Positions 38,815 to 48,846 of a stretch of 64,000 nucleotides of DNA are shown here, in pieces; position 1 is the first letter of the stretch; the number at the start of each line of letters is the position of its first letter. This DNA is from Gammaproteobacteria bacterium (GTDB lineage Bacteria; Pseudomonadota; Gammaproteobacteria; Steroidobacterales; Woeseiaceae). A program made the translations under genes and the position numbers. The notes under the pieces were generated by a model that did no database searches, was not told the DNA's origin, and saw only the letters and a program-made list of their open reading frames with translations. The DNA lies in the NCBI GenBank assembly GCA_029884455.1, contig JAOUHU010000005.1, positions 38,300 through 102,299 on the forward strand, read 5' to 3'.

Positions 38815-39288
38815 CTATCTTTTAAGAATTCTCGCTTTTTGCCTCTGCCAATCGCGGTCTTTGTCGGTCGCGCGCTTGTCATGTTGCTTCTTGCCCTTTG
38901 CCAGCCCGATTTCAAGCTTGGCGCGCCCCTTGCTCCAGTGCAGGTTCAGCGGCACCAGAGTAAAGCCCTTGCGTTCGACCGAACCTACCAGCCGATCAAG
39001 CTCGTTGCGTTGCAGTAGTAATTTCCGCGAGCGAGTCGGGTCTGCCTTGACATACGCTGCGGTCGTTTTGGCCGGCGTGAAGTGCGCGCCAATCAGCCAT
39101 GCTTCCCCGTTCCTGAGCTGTACATAACTCTCGGCTATTTGTGCCGTATTTGCGCGCAGGCTTTTTGCCTCCCAGCCCTGCAGGACCAGGCCAGCCTCAA
39201 AACGGTCCTCGATGAAGAAATCGTGCCGTGCGCGGCGATTCTCCGCAATCGAGCGATCGTTGGCGGGCTTCGACTTCTTCGAGTTCAT
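38815..39288 (-). CDS. smpB: SsrA-binding protein
   Basis: Start at ATG 39288. IAENRRARHDFFIEDRFEAGLVLQGWEAKSLR... and a basic C-terminal tail; 157 aa. Confidence 0.9.
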   Translation of the reverse strand: MNSKKSKPANDRSIAENRRARHDFFIEDRFEAGLVLQGWEAKSLRANTAQIAESYVQLRNGEAWLIGAHFTPAKTTAAYVKADPTRSRKLLLQRNELDRLVGSVERKGFTLVPLNLHWSKGRAKLEIGLAKGKKQHDKRATDKDRDWQRQKARILKR

Positions 39289-39395
39289 TGTACCTGGCGG
39301 CCAAGTTAGCGGGCTGGCGATTATAGCGGTGCTGTTGTCTGATCTCAGTATTTGTATAAGAATCCTGCCTTCGATCGCTCCGGCAGAAAATAACA

Positions 39396-40784
39396 ATGTT
39401 AAGCAACCAGGCTTCGAACCCGGCTAAGCGGGCATCATTACATGGCCATTGGTCCTCGAGGATGGCATTTGTTCTCGCGGTCACAGGCTCTGCTGTTGGT
39501 CTCGGCAATATCTGGAAATTTCCGTACGTTACAGGCCAGTATGGCGGTGCTGCGTTTGTGCTGGTGTACCTGGCGTGCATCGTTCTGATTGGCCTGCCAG
39601 TCATGATGTCGGAAATTTTGATGGGTCGCCGTGGCCGACGCAATCCGGTTGCGACCATGGCATTGCTGGGTGCCGAGGAAGGCAAGTCGATGAACTGGAG
39701 CTGGCTCGGTGCGATGGGCGTCATTGCCGGCGTGCTGATCCTGTCCTATTACAGCGTGTATGGCGGTTATTCTGTCGCCTACGTCGTCAAGATTCTGAGC
39801 GGAGTATTTTCAGATGCCAGGGCAGCCGACGTCATTGCTGTTCGGGACAGCTTTGAGGGTAGCTGGGTATTGGTTGGTCTGTTTCACACGATCTTCATGG
39901 GAGTGTCGATTTTTGTGGTGGCACGAGGCGTGGAGGGCGGTCTTGAGCGTGCCGTACGATTCATGGTGCCTGGGCTGCTGCTGCTGTTGATCATCTTGCT
40001 TGGCTACTCCATGAATACCGGGTATTTCGGTGCAGGCATGGCGTTCATGTTCACGCCGGATTTCAGCAAGCTGACCTGGGAAGCTGTGCTCGCAGCTATG
40101 GGTCAGGCTTTCTTTACCCTGTCGATTGGCATGGGCGCTGTCATGGCATACGGGGCCTATTTGCCGGAAGAAACCTCGATCACAACGTCGGCCGCGGCGG
40201 TAGCAATTGCGGACACAACCATAGCAATCACCGCCGGGCTGGTGATTTTCCCGCTGGTTTTTGCGAACGGCCTGAATATCGATGCCGGCCCAAGCCTCGT
40301 ATTCATCACACTGCCATTGGCTTTTGGACAAATGACCGGCGGCACTGTGTTCGGCACGTTGTTCTTTGTCTTGCTATCGTTTGCGGCCTGGACTTCCGCG
40401 ATCAGTCTGCTCGAGCCAGCGGTCGCGTGGGTCGTGGAAAAATACAATCGCTCGCGCGCCGAAGCAGCTGTACTGATTGGTGTTGCTATTTGGGCAATTG
40501 GCCTTGGCACGGTATTGTCATTCAATGTGCTCAAGGATGTCAGGTTCCTGCGCGGCACCCTATACGACAACCTCGATTTCCTGACGATCAATGTGATGTT
40601 GCCGCTGAGCGGTCTTTTTATTGCTATTTTCGCCGGTTGGGTAATGTGCCGTAATTCGACAGCGGAAGAACTGGGCGGTGCCGGGACGAGCTACAGACTT
40701 TGGCGTGTCCTGGTACGCTACGCGGCCCCCATCGGCATCCTGTTTGTTTTTCTCAAGGCTGTCGGTTTGCTCGAATTGTCCTGA
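39396..40784 (+). CDS. Sodium-dependent neurotransmitter:sodium symporter (NSS/SNF) family transporter
   Basis: 462 aa. WSSRMAFVLAVTGSAVGLGNIWKFPY signature and about 11-12 TM segments. Confidence 0.9.
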   Translation: MLSNQASNPAKRASLHGHWSSRMAFVLAVTGSAVGLGNIWKFPYVTGQYGGAAFVLVYLACIVLIGLPVMMSEILMGRRGRRNPVATMALLGAEEGKSMNWSWLGAMGVIAGVLILSYYSVYGGYSVAYVVKILSGVFSDARAADVIAVRDSFEGSWVLVGLFHTIFMGVSIFVVARGVEGGLERAVRFMVPGLLLLLIILLGYSMNTGYFGAGMAFMFTPDFSKLTWEAVLAAMGQAFFTLSIGMGAVMAYGAYLPEETSITTSAAAVAIADTTIAITAGLVIFPLVFANGLNIDAGPSLVFITLPLAFGQMTGGTVFGTLFFVLLSFAAWTSAISLLEPAVAWVVEKYNRSRAEAAVLIGVAIWAIGLGTVLSFNVLKDVRFLRGTLYDNLDFLTINVMLPLSGLFIAIFAGWVMCRNSTAEELGGAGTSYRLWRVLVRYAAPIGILFVFLKAVGLLELS

Positions 40785-40808
40785 CGGCAGTACGCCAAGG
40801 TCGCAGCG

Positions 40809-41258
40809 ATGCGCAAAGTACAACGAAGCGCGCTCGTCCGCCATTCGGCGGATGCGATGTATTCCCTGGTCGATGATATTGAATCGTACCCGGAATTCTT
40901 GCCGTGGTGCCGTCACAGCGAGATCCATTTTCGCGAGGGTCCAGTTGTGGAAGCGACTCTTGATTTGCACCGCGGCGAGTTGAGCAGGAAATTTCGCACG
41001 CGCAATACGGCGGTCGGGAAAAGTGTTATCGATATGCAGCTTGTCGATGGTCCATTCAATTATCTCGTCGGTCGCTGGACGTTCACGCAGCTCGGGGATT
41101 CAGGCAGCAAGGTGGCTTTGAACCTAGAATTCGAATTTTCCAATCGTGCGGTCGACCTGATATTCGGTGCATTCTTTGAGGAGGTGTGCAATTCGCTGGT
41201 CGAGGCATTCACGCGGCGTGCGGATGCTGTTTTTTCGTTGCGGGCGAGCGCGCCTTGA
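40809..41258 (+). CDS. ratA: SRPBCC-fold RatA/YfjG (CoQ-binding/ribosome-association toxin family)
   Basis: 149 aa. YSLVDDIESYPEFLPWC, and the conserved smpB / ratA-rnfH neighbourhood. Confidence 0.85.
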   Translation: MRKVQRSALVRHSADAMYSLVDDIESYPEFLPWCRHSEIHFREGPVVEATLDLHRGELSRKFRTRNTAVGKSVIDMQLVDGPFNYLVGRWTFTQLGDSGSKVALNLEFEFSNRAVDLIFGAFFEEVCNSLVEAFTRRADAVFSLRASAP

Positions 41259-41551
41259 TTGATATCGAAGTTGCATTTGCAAGTCCCAATGCGCAAGTGC
41301 TGATTCCCCTGGTGCTTGCCGATGGCGCTACCGTTGAGGACGCGATTCGCGCAGCGCAGCTCGATGCGGCATTTCCGCAATACGATTTTTCAAAGCTGGC
41401 GGTGGGTATCTGGGGGAAGCTGGTCCCCCGGGAGCAGCGCCTGAGTCGGGGCGACCGGGTAGAAATTTATCGCGAGCTTGTACGTAACCCCATGGAAGCC
41501 AGAAGGCTCAGAGCTCTGGGTCTAACTCCTGGTCCTTGCGAATCTCGCTGA
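41255..41551 (+). CDS. rnfH: RnfH-family ubiquitin-like protein
   Basis: In-frame TTG 41255 overlaps the ratA stop. IDIEVAFASPNAQVLIPLVLADGATVEDAIRAA...GIWGKLV...GDRVEIYREL parallels E. coli RnfH/YfjF. Confidence 0.8.
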   Translation: MIDIEVAFASPNAQVLIPLVLADGATVEDAIRAAQLDAAFPQYDFSKLAVGIWGKLVPREQRLSRGDRVEIYRELVRNPMEARRLRALGLTPGPCESR

Positions 41552-41834
41552 CGACGTCCTGTTCAAAAACAATCGAGACCCAGCGCTTGAACGCTGCATC
41601 TTCGCGGCCGAGTTTCAGGTAGTAGACGTAATCCCATCTGTCAACGTGAAATGGATCGTCGATCATTGGAGTCCCAAGAAGAAATCGTACCTGGTTGCGC
41701 GTCATGCCCAACTCTACCTGGTCAAGATCCTCCTGCTCGATCAGGTTTCCCTGGGCGATGTTCAGGGCATAAACACAGCCGCTCGTTGTTGCGAGCGTGC
41801 CGAGAATAATTGCGATGAGGAGAAATCGGTTCAT
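41508..41834 (-). CDS. bamE: Outer membrane protein assembly factor BamE
   Basis: 108 aa with lipobox TTSGC. GMTRNQVRFLLGTPMIDDPFHVDRWDYVYY (SmpA/OmlA domain). Adjacent to fur, as in Pseudomonas. Confidence 0.85.
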   Translation of the reverse strand: MNRFLLIAIILGTLATTSGCVYALNIAQGNLIEQEDLDQVELGMTRNQVRFLLGTPMIDDPFHVDRWDYVYYLKLGREDAAFKRWVSIVFEQDVVSEIRKDQELDPEL

Positions 41835-41912
41835 AATAGGCGCGCATCATACCTGCTTGCCAAGCAGCAAAACAGCCAATTTATCAGGACTCCAACCAGT
41901 CGGGATTTTCTT

Positions 41913-42335
41913 ATGGAGCAACGTCAGGAACTGCGCAAGGCCGGTCTCAAGATCACGCTGCCACGCCTGAAAATTCTTGAGATTTTCGAACGCGCGAATC
42001 AGCGTCATCTGAGTGCGGAGGACATCTACAAAGATCTTTTGCAATCGGATCAGGATATCGGCCTGGCGACTGTATACCGTGTCTTGACACAATTTGAATC
42101 AGCCGGACTGGTGACTCGGCACAATTTCGAGGGCGGCCACTCCGTTTTTGAGCTCGATGACGGCGGACACCATGACCACATGGTTTGCGTGGATTCCGGC
42201 GAAGTAATCGAATTCGTTAATGAAGAGATCGAGCAACTGCAACGCAAGATGGCTGCCGAACATGGCTTCGAAATACTGGACCATAGCCTGGTTCTGTACG
42301 TTCGCCCGATTTCGAAGAAGTCGGACAGGGAATAA
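41913..42335 (+). CDS. fur: Ferric uptake regulator
   Basis: Start at ATG 41913. LRKAGLKITLPRLKILEIFE..., HHDHMVC and C-terminal metal ligands; 140 aa. Confidence 0.9.
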   Translation: MEQRQELRKAGLKITLPRLKILEIFERANQRHLSAEDIYKDLLQSDQDIGLATVYRVLTQFESAGLVTRHNFEGGHSVFELDDGGHHDHMVCVDSGEVIEFVNEEIEQLQRKMAAEHGFEILDHSLVLYVRPISKKSDRE

Positions 42336-42336
42336 T

Positions 42337-44022
42337 TCAAGCTGTTTTGCGGCGCGCGCCGGCAAGCATCTCTGCCGCGTGATCTATGGTCTTCTGCGTA
42401 ATCTCGACGCCACCGAGCATTCGTGCAATTTCCTGGATGCGCTCGTCGTCACCCAGCGAGCGCAGACCTGTTCTCGTGGCTTTACCGTCGGTTACCTTGC
42501 TGATACGCACATGCGCATCGGCCAGGCTGGCTACCTGAGGCAGGTGAGTGACGCAAAGTACCTGTCGCCTTGCGCCCAGCTCTTGCAGGCGACGACCGAC
42601 CATTTCCGCAACGCTGCCGCCGACGCCGCTGTCGACCTCGTCGAACACCATGGTCGGAATGCAGCTTCCGTCACTGGCGATAACCTGCACCGCAAGGCTC
42701 ATACGCGACAATTCTCCGCCGGACGCAATTCGTGCCAGCGGCTGCAGTGCCTGGCCAGGATTCGCGCTGATCAGGAAGTCAACCTCATCCAACCCGGAGG
42801 GCCGGGCATTGTCGATATCCAGTCGCGAGAGCTGGATATCGAATTTGCCACCCGGCATCCCGAGGCCGCTCATTGCCGCTGTAACTGCGGTCGAAAATCT
42901 TTTCGCCGCCTTGCTCCGGGCAGAGGACAGTGACTCGGCCAAAGCCTGGAAATTGCCGCACGCCGCGCGGACCGCAGTGTCGAGTTGCTGGCCTCGCTCT
43001 TCAGCATGCATTAACTCGTCGTGCTCGCGCTTGAGGCGTTCGTGCAAAACCGGGATTTGATCCGCCCCAATACGGTGCTTGCGCGCCACCGCCTGAATCG
43101 CATCGAGCCGTTCCTCGACCCAGTCGCGTCGCGCGGGATCCATGTCAAGTGTCGCGCCATACTGCTGCAATGCGGCGGCTGCCTCGCCCAGCTGAATACT
43201 TGCGCTTTCAAGTAGTTGTTGAATTTCCAGCAGCTCGCCGTCGTAACGGACCAGCGGTGTGATCGCCTTGATCGCATCAGCCAGCATGGACCCGGCATTG
43301 TCGGTTTCATCGTCCGCCAGCATGACCAGAGCGTGACTGACACCTTCGGCAATCCGGCCGCTGTGCAGGAACTTTTCGCGCTCCGTGAGCAATTCCGTGT
43401 AATCCGCGCCCGTCAGGGCCAGTGCTTCAAGCTCGCTTAGCTGAAAATTCAGCAATTCGAGCCGAGATTCGCGATTTGCGTCAGCTGCCAGCAGTTGTTG
43501 CAACTGATCCGCAAGTACGCGCCATTGTACAAACGCAGCGTCTGTCGCCTCGCTTTGCTCCAGGAGACCGCCAAAATGGTCGAGCAGGTCGCGCTGTACC
43601 GGTCGGCGCAGCAGCGATTGGTGGAAATGCTGGCCATGTATGTCCAGCAGGGATTCGCCCAATAATTTCAGCTGTTGCACGGTTGCAGCGTTGCCATTGA
43701 CAAAAGCCCGCGACCGTCCGTCGGCGCTCACGACACGGCGCAACAACAGGCACTCGTCGTCCTGATCCAGCGCCTGTTGCTCAAGCAAACGCCTGACCCC
43801 GGGCAAGGCCGAGATATCAAATTCGGCGCTGAATTCGGCCCGCTTGGCGCCACGCCGCACGATCTGGCCTGAACACCGTTCACCGAGGACCAGGCCCAGG
43901 GCATCCACGAGGATCGATTTGCCGGCACCGGTTTCTCCCGTCAACACCGTCATGCCCGGGGCGAACTCGAGCTCGAGCTGATCGATGATGGCAAAGTCGC
44001 GCACCTGGAGACGCAACAACAT
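42337..44022 (-). CDS. recN: DNA repair protein RecN
   Basis: 561 aa. MLLRLQVRDFAIIDQLELEF, Walker A GETGAGKS, SMC-type coiled coil, ASGGELSR signature, FDEVDSG. Confidence 0.95.
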   Translation of the reverse strand: MLLRLQVRDFAIIDQLELEFAPGMTVLTGETGAGKSILVDALGLVLGERCSGQIVRRGAKRAEFSAEFDISALPGVRRLLEQQALDQDDECLLLRRVVSADGRSRAFVNGNAATVQQLKLLGESLLDIHGQHFHQSLLRRPVQRDLLDHFGGLLEQSEATDAAFVQWRVLADQLQQLLAADANRESRLELLNFQLSELEALALTGADYTELLTEREKFLHSGRIAEGVSHALVMLADDETDNAGSMLADAIKAITPLVRYDGELLEIQQLLESASIQLGEAAAALQQYGATLDMDPARRDWVEERLDAIQAVARKHRIGADQIPVLHERLKREHDELMHAEERGQQLDTAVRAACGNFQALAESLSSARSKAAKRFSTAVTAAMSGLGMPGGKFDIQLSRLDIDNARPSGLDEVDFLISANPGQALQPLARIASGGELSRMSLAVQVIASDGSCIPTMVFDEVDSGVGGSVAEMVGRRLQELGARRQVLCVTHLPQVASLADAHVRISKVTDGKATRTGLRSLGDDERIQEIARMLGGVEITQKTIDHAAEMLAGARRKTA

Positions 44023-44024
44023 GA

Positions 44025-44918
44025 TTAGCGGCCCGGCTCTTCGCGTACCCGGCTATCTCGGCCCCAGAACAGTTTTGAGCGAAGAATGCCGAAGTAGTCG
44101 TAGCCTGGCGGGTGAATAAGCTGGATGCGCTGTTCGGCTGCGCTGATCGTCAGCGCGTCGTCGGCGCCGATGGCCCCCAGAGTTCTGCCATCGATGACCA
44201 CCTCAGCCTGGGTGTCTTCGCGCTGCAGCACGCGAATGCCAATCGATTTGCTGGATGGCACCACGATCGGCCGATCGGTCAGGGTATGCGGGCATATCGG
44301 CACAATGACGACCGCATCAAGTCGCGGGTCGATGATCGGCCCGCCGCAGCTGAGTGCATACGCGGTGGAGCCGGTCGCCGTTGCGACGATCAGGCCATCA
44401 CCCGAATGGGTGTTGACATAGGTATCGTCAATTGTCGCGACGACATCGACCATGCGACCGGTCTCGCGCCGCTGCAAAACGATATCGTTAAATGCTGTCT
44501 CGCTGGCCGCCGGCTTACCCGCGCGCGTCAGTCGTGCCCGCAACAGCAGTCGGGACTCGCAGGAGTATTCGCCGGCCAGGATGTGATCAACACTGGCAAG
44601 CATTTCATCAGGTGAAACGTCGGCGAGAAATCCGAGCCGGCCACGATTGATGCCAAGCAAAGGCACACCTGAAGTACGCGCCAGATTGCCTGCATACAGC
44701 ATGGTACCGTCGCCGCCAATTGCAATCATGAGGTCGGAATCGGTGCTGAGAGCGGCGCTGGAGACCCGCTTTACCGGCAGGTCGAGGCGCATCCGCTCGT
44801 CGCAAAGTACGCCGATGCCGAGTTTTGTCAAATGCTCGACCAATACCGTCATTGGTTCAGCAACGCGCGGGTCATCGTGCCGGCCGAGGATCGCCACGCG
44901 CTCAATCTTGATGCTCAT
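44025..44918 (-). CDS. nadK: NAD kinase
   Basis: 297 aa. GGDGTML, NRGRLGFL, and the ATGSTAYALSCGGPI motif. Confidence 0.9.
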   Translation of the reverse strand: MSIKIERVAILGRHDDPRVAEPMTVLVEHLTKLGIGVLCDERMRLDLPVKRVSSAALSTDSDLMIAIGGDGTMLYAGNLARTSGVPLLGINRGRLGFLADVSPDEMLASVDHILAGEYSCESRLLLRARLTRAGKPAASETAFNDIVLQRRETGRMVDVVATIDDTYVNTHSGDGLIVATATGSTAYALSCGGPIIDPRLDAVVIVPICPHTLTDRPIVVPSSKSIGIRVLQREDTQAEVVIDGRTLGAIGADDALTISAAEQRIQLIHPPGYDYFGILRSKLFWGRDSRVREEPGR

Positions 44919-45046
44919 CGGTTTGCCCGCAGAATCCTGATTTGCAGATTTTTACAAATCCTTGACCGACCGCCAAGGCGTTGCTAGCTTGTCGAAAGAT
45001 ACCCTAACACAACGAGTTGCTTGCGATTTTTTCGCATTTTTCGCGA

Positions 45047-46099
45047 ATGTCTGCAGAAGTAACAGCCAGCCGACCCAGCGAGCGCGCGCAGCACCTGCTT
45101 CGCGTCCTTATCCAGCGTTATATCCAGGATGGCCAGCCGGTTGGCTCGCGTACCTTGTCCAAAGACTCGGGCCTCGATCTGAGCCCCGCAACCATTCGCA
45201 ATGTCATGTCTGACCTTGAAGACCTGGGACTGGTTTCGGCGCCGCATACATCAGCGGGTCGAATCCCAACCGCACAGGGTTACCGGTTGTTTGTGGACAC
45301 GCTGGTGCGTTACCGGCAACCCAATGAAACTGATATTGATATGCTGCGGTCGCAAATTCGAGGCAAGCTCGATAACGCCGGAGAATTAATGACCTCGGTA
45401 TCAAACCTGTTGTCGGAATTCACCAAACTGGCCGGCGTTGTGACCGTTCCAAGGGGTACGCATGCTGCCTTGCGCCAGATTGAGTTCCTGGCATTGTCAG
45501 AGAAGCGCATTCTCGCGATTATCGTTATCAACGATCGCGAAGTGCAGAATAGAATTCTGCATACCGATCGCGATTACACGGCTGCCGAATTGCAGCAGGC
45601 TGCCAATTTTATTAACGAGCACTATGCCGGTGTCGAAATGCTGCAGGTCAGGCAGCGGATTCTGAATGACCTCGAAGATGCACGCCTCAGCATGAATAAG
45701 GCGATGCATGACATTATTGCAGTCGCCCAGTCAGCAATGCACGGCGCACCAGAATTGGGCAAGCAATTCATGCTGGCCGGCGAATCGAATTTGCTTGATT
45801 TCGCAGAGTTGTCGGACATTGATACCTTGCGCCGCCTGTTCGAGGCATTTTCGCGCAAGCGATTCATGCTCGATCTGCTGGACCGAAGTATCAATGCCGA
45901 TGGCGTGCAGGTATTCATCGGCGGCGAGTCCGGCTACGGCATCCTCGACGATTGCAGTGTCGTAACCGCGCCCTACAGGCTGGACGACGAAACCGTCGGT
46001 GTACTCGGCGTTATCGGACCGAAACGCATGGCCTACGATCGGGTCGTGCCCATTGTCGATATCACTGCCCGACTGCTCAGGTCTGCATTAAGCCAATAA
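45047..46099 (+). CDS. hrcA: Heat-inducible transcription repressor HrcA
   Basis: Start at ATG 45047. RAQHLLRVLIQRYIQDGQPVGSRTLSK..., LSPATIRNVMSDLEDLGL. Confidence 0.9.
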   Translation: MSAEVTASRPSERAQHLLRVLIQRYIQDGQPVGSRTLSKDSGLDLSPATIRNVMSDLEDLGLVSAPHTSAGRIPTAQGYRLFVDTLVRYRQPNETDIDMLRSQIRGKLDNAGELMTSVSNLLSEFTKLAGVVTVPRGTHAALRQIEFLALSEKRILAIIVINDREVQNRILHTDRDYTAAELQQAANFINEHYAGVEMLQVRQRILNDLEDARLSMNKAMHDIIAVAQSAMHGAPELGKQFMLAGESNLLDFAELSDIDTLRRLFEAFSRKRFMLDLLDRSINADGVQVFIGGESGYGILDDCSVVTAPYRLDDETVGVLGVIGPKRMAYDRVVPIVDITARLLRSALSQ

Positions 46100-46130
46100 A
46101 GTCACGGCGGCAAGAAAATTCCGCGCGCTA

Positions 46131-46157
46131 TTGAAATTTTCGGTTAAGGCCCCAGAC
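46131..46157 (+). promoter_or_regulatory. Sigma32-type heat-shock promoter candidate upstream of grpE
   Basis: TTGAAA, 13 nt, CCCCAGAC (consensus TTGAAA-N13-14-CCCCATNT), 50 nt upstream of the grpE ATG. Confidence 0.5.
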
Positions 46158-46206
46158 TGCGAACCTCGAATTAAAAACAGTAGACCAGAGTAGTGGAGCC
46201 CCGGTA

Positions 46207-46767
46207 ATGAATGCCCAGCCAGACCAGCCATTGGAAGAGACCGAGCAGTCGGAAGACGTCGCAGTAGGCGGCGACACCGGCGATGCAGGGGAAGCGATTC
46301 AGGCTGCGGATCCTGCCGCCAATCTGGCCGCCGTGCAGGCCAAGGCGGATGAGAACTGGGATCTTTATCTGCGTGCGGTTGCGGAGGCCGAGAATGTCCG
46401 CAAGCGAGCCGCCAGGGACGTTGAACATGCACGCAAGTATGCCCTTGAGGCATTCAGCAAGGAGATGCTGGCAGTCCGGGACAGCTTCGAGATGGCAATC
46501 GATGCCGCCGATGCCGCCAACCCGGCCAGCCTGGTTGAAGGTAACCAGGCCAGCCTGAAGCTTCTGACCACGGCCCTGGAGCGCTTTGGCATCAGTGAGG
46601 TTAACCCCCTGGGTGAGCCCTTTAACCCGGAATTTCATGAAGCCATCAGCATGCAACCATCGGCCGACGCAGAACCTGGCTCGGTGCTGATCGTGGTGCA
46701 GAAAGGCTATACGCTGAATGGCCGCCTGCTGCGCCCGGCAATGGTCGTCGTGGCTGCGGCCGAATGA
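46207..46767 (+). CDS. grpE: Nucleotide exchange factor GrpE
   Basis: 186 aa. LRAVAEAENVRKRAARD, FNPEFHEAI. Confidence 0.9.
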   Translation: MNAQPDQPLEETEQSEDVAVGGDTGDAGEAIQAADPAANLAAVQAKADENWDLYLRAVAEAENVRKRAARDVEHARKYALEAFSKEMLAVRDSFEMAIDAADAANPASLVEGNQASLKLLTTALERFGISEVNPLGEPFNPEFHEAISMQPSADAEPGSVLIVVQKGYTLNGRLLRPAMVVVAAAE

Positions 46768-46791
46768 CAGGCCAATATAGCCTGGGCGGCC

Positions 46792-46818
46792 TTGAAACCG
46801 CGCCTGACGGCCCCACCT
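46792..46818 (+). promoter_or_regulatory. Sigma32-type heat-shock promoter candidate upstream of dnaK
   Basis: TTGAAA, 13 nt, CCCCACCT, 46 nt upstream of the dnaK ATG. Confidence 0.55.
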
Positions 46819-46863
46819 ATTTGCCAGTTTTGGACTTGTTTCTAAAGAATTCGGAGTAGTGGT

Positions 46864-48786
46864 ATGGGAAAAGTAATCGGAATTGACCTTGGCACGACCA
46901 ACTCTTGCGTCGCAGTGATGGAAGGCGGTGTGCCGAAGGTTATTGAGAACAGCGAAGGCGACCGCACGACGCCCTCAATCGTTGCCTTCAGCAAGGATGA
47001 CCAGGTGTTGGTAGGCCAGTCGGCCAAGCGCCAGGCGGTAACCAACCCGAAGAACACGCTGTTTGCCGTCAAGCGCCTGATCGGCCGTCGTTTCGAAGAT
47101 GATGTCGTGCAGCGTGATATCAACATGGTGTCCTACAAGATCGTCAAGGCGGATAACGGTGATGCCTGGGTCGAAGCCGCCGGTAAAAAAATGGCGCCAC
47201 CAGAGATATCTGCACGCGTGTTGATGAAAATGAAAAAGACCGCCGAGGATTACCTCGGTGAGAAAGTCACGGAAGCCGTCGTCACGGTGCCGGCCTACTT
47301 TAATGATTCGCAGCGGCAGGCGACCAAAGACGCCGGCAAGATTGCCGGGCTCGAGGTCAAGCGCATCATTAATGAGCCGACCGCGGCAGCCCTGGCCTAC
47401 GGTATGGACAAGAAGCGTGGTGACGCGAAGATCGCAGTGTTCGACCTGGGCGGCGGTACTTTCGACGTTTCGATCATCGAAATTGCCGAAGTCGACGGCG
47501 AGCACCAGTTTGAAGTCCTGGCAACCAACGGTGACACGTTCCTCGGCGGTGAGGATTTTGACATGCGCGTCATCGAATACCTCGCTGCGGAATTCAAGCG
47601 CGAAAGCGGTGTCGACGTAACTACCGACCCGCTGGCGATGCAACGCCTCAAGGAAGCCGCTGAGAAGGCGAAAATCGAGTTGTCTACGCAGCAGCAAACT
47701 GAAGTCAATCTGCCGTACATCACCGCAGATGCCACCGGTCCGAAGCACCTGAATATCAAGCTGACTCGGGCCAAGCTCGAGGCTTTGGTGGAAGCGCTGA
47801 TTGCCCGCACCATCGGGCCGTGCAAGATTGCTTTGAATGACGCCGGCCTCAAGGTAAACGAGATTGACGACGTGATCCTCGTCGGTGGCCAGACTCGTAT
47901 GCCAAAAGTGCAACAGGAAGTGCAGCACTTTTTCGGCAAGGAGCCGCGGCGGGATGTGAACCCGGATGAAGCGGTCGCGCTGGGCGCTGCGATTCAGGCC
48001 GGCGTACTCGCCGGCGATGTCAAGGACGTCTTGTTACTCGACGTTACGCCGCTGTCACTCGGTATCGAGACACTTGGCGGCGTCATGACCAAGCTGATCA
48101 CCAAAAACACCACTATCCCGGCCAATGCACAACAGGTATTTTCGACCGCCGATGACAACCAGACTGCGGTCACGATCCACGTGCTGCAGGGCGAGCGTGA
48201 GCGATCGTTGGACAACAAGTCGCTTGGTCGTTTTGATCTGGCGAATATTCCGCCAGCACCGCGCGGTTTGCCGCAGATCGAAGTTACCTTCGATATCGAC
48301 GCCAATGGAATTCTCAATGTGTCGGCGAAGGACAAGGCCACTGGCAAGAGCCAGAACATCGTTATCAAGGCGAACAGTGGATTGTCAGACGACGAAATCC
48401 AAAAGATGGTATCCGATGCTGAAAGTCATGCCGAGGAGGATCGCAAGTTCCGTGAACTGGTCGATGCGCGCAATCAGGCGGATGGCCTGGTACATGCTGC
48501 CGAGAAAACCTTGTCCGAGTTAGGTGACAAGGCGAGCAGTGAGGAGCGTCTGCGGGTCGAGAGTGCGATTTCGGATCTCAAGGGCGCGTTGAAGAACGAC
48601 AACAAGGAGCAGATTGAGACTAAAGCGGCTGCGCTCGCCGAAGCCTCCAGTGGCCTTGCGCAACGACTGTACGAAGCACAGGCAGCAGAAGCGTCGAAGG
48701 GTGATTCGGGCAGCAAATCTGCCGCCGACGATAATGTCGTTGACGCCGAATTCGAAGAAGTCGACGACGACAAGTCGAAGTCTTAG
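46864..48786 (+). CDS. dnaK: Chaperone DnaK (Hsp70)
   Basis: 640 aa. [41 protein letters not shown]. Confidence 0.98.
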   Translation: MGKVIGIDLGTTNSCVAVMEGGVPKVIENSEGDRTTPSIVAFSKDDQVLVGQSAKRQAVTNPKNTLFAVKRLIGRRFEDDVVQRDINMVSYKIVKADNGDAWVEAAGKKMAPPEISARVLMKMKKTAEDYLGEKVTEAVVTVPAYFNDSQRQATKDAGKIAGLEVKRIINEPTAAALAYGMDKKRGDAKIAVFDLGGGTFDVSIIEIAEVDGEHQFEVLATNGDTFLGGEDFDMRVIEYLAAEFKRESGVDVTTDPLAMQRLKEAAEKAKIELSTQQQTEVNLPYITADATGPKHLNIKLTRAKLEALVEALIARTIGPCKIALNDAGLKVNEIDDVILVGGQTRMPKVQQEVQHFFGKEPRRDVNPDEAVALGAAIQAGVLAGDVKDVLLLDVTPLSLGIETLGGVMTKLITKNTTIPANAQQVFSTADDNQTAVTIHVLQGERERSLDNKSLGRFDLANIPPAPRGLPQIEVTFDIDANGILNVSAKDKATGKSQNIVIKANSGLSDDEIQKMVSDAESHAEEDRKFRELVDARNQADGLVHAAEKTLSELGDKASSEERLRVESAISDLKGALKNDNKEQIETKAAALAEASSGLAQRLYEAQAAEASKGDSGSKSAADDNVVDAEFEEVDDDKSKS

Positions 48787-48813
48787 TAAACTGCACCGCT
48801 GACGAGTTTTCGA

Positions 48814-48833
48814 GGGCGCCGCTTGCGGCGCCC
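48814..48833 (+). terminator. GC hairpin between dnaK and dnaJ (partial terminator/attenuator candidate)
   Basis: GGGCGCCGC-tt-GCGGCGCCC, followed by GTTGTTG. It lies 28 nt after the dnaK stop and 14 nt before the dnaJ ATG. Confidence 0.45.
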
Positions 48834-48846
48834 GTTGTTGATGACC

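Noticed and set aside
44023-44130. LexA/SOS box (CTGT-N8-ACAG) upstream of recN
   Set aside because: recN starts 2 nt after the nadK stop. The nearest ACAG (in ...CCCCAGAACAGTTTT...) has no CTGT partner at the required spacing. The recN promoter/operator may lie within or upstream of nadK.
44919-46863. CIRCE operator for HrcA
   Set aside because: I found no TTAGCACTC or GAGTGCTAA half-site in the hrcA, grpE or dnaK upstream regions.
46975-47928. 317-aa ORF antisense to dnaK (plus the 180-aa ORF at 47397-47939)
   Set aside because: It lies entirely inside the strongly supported dnaK frame. Long stop-free antisense frames are a known by-product of GC-rich codon bias in hsp70 genes. The product is low-complexity with no recognisable motif.
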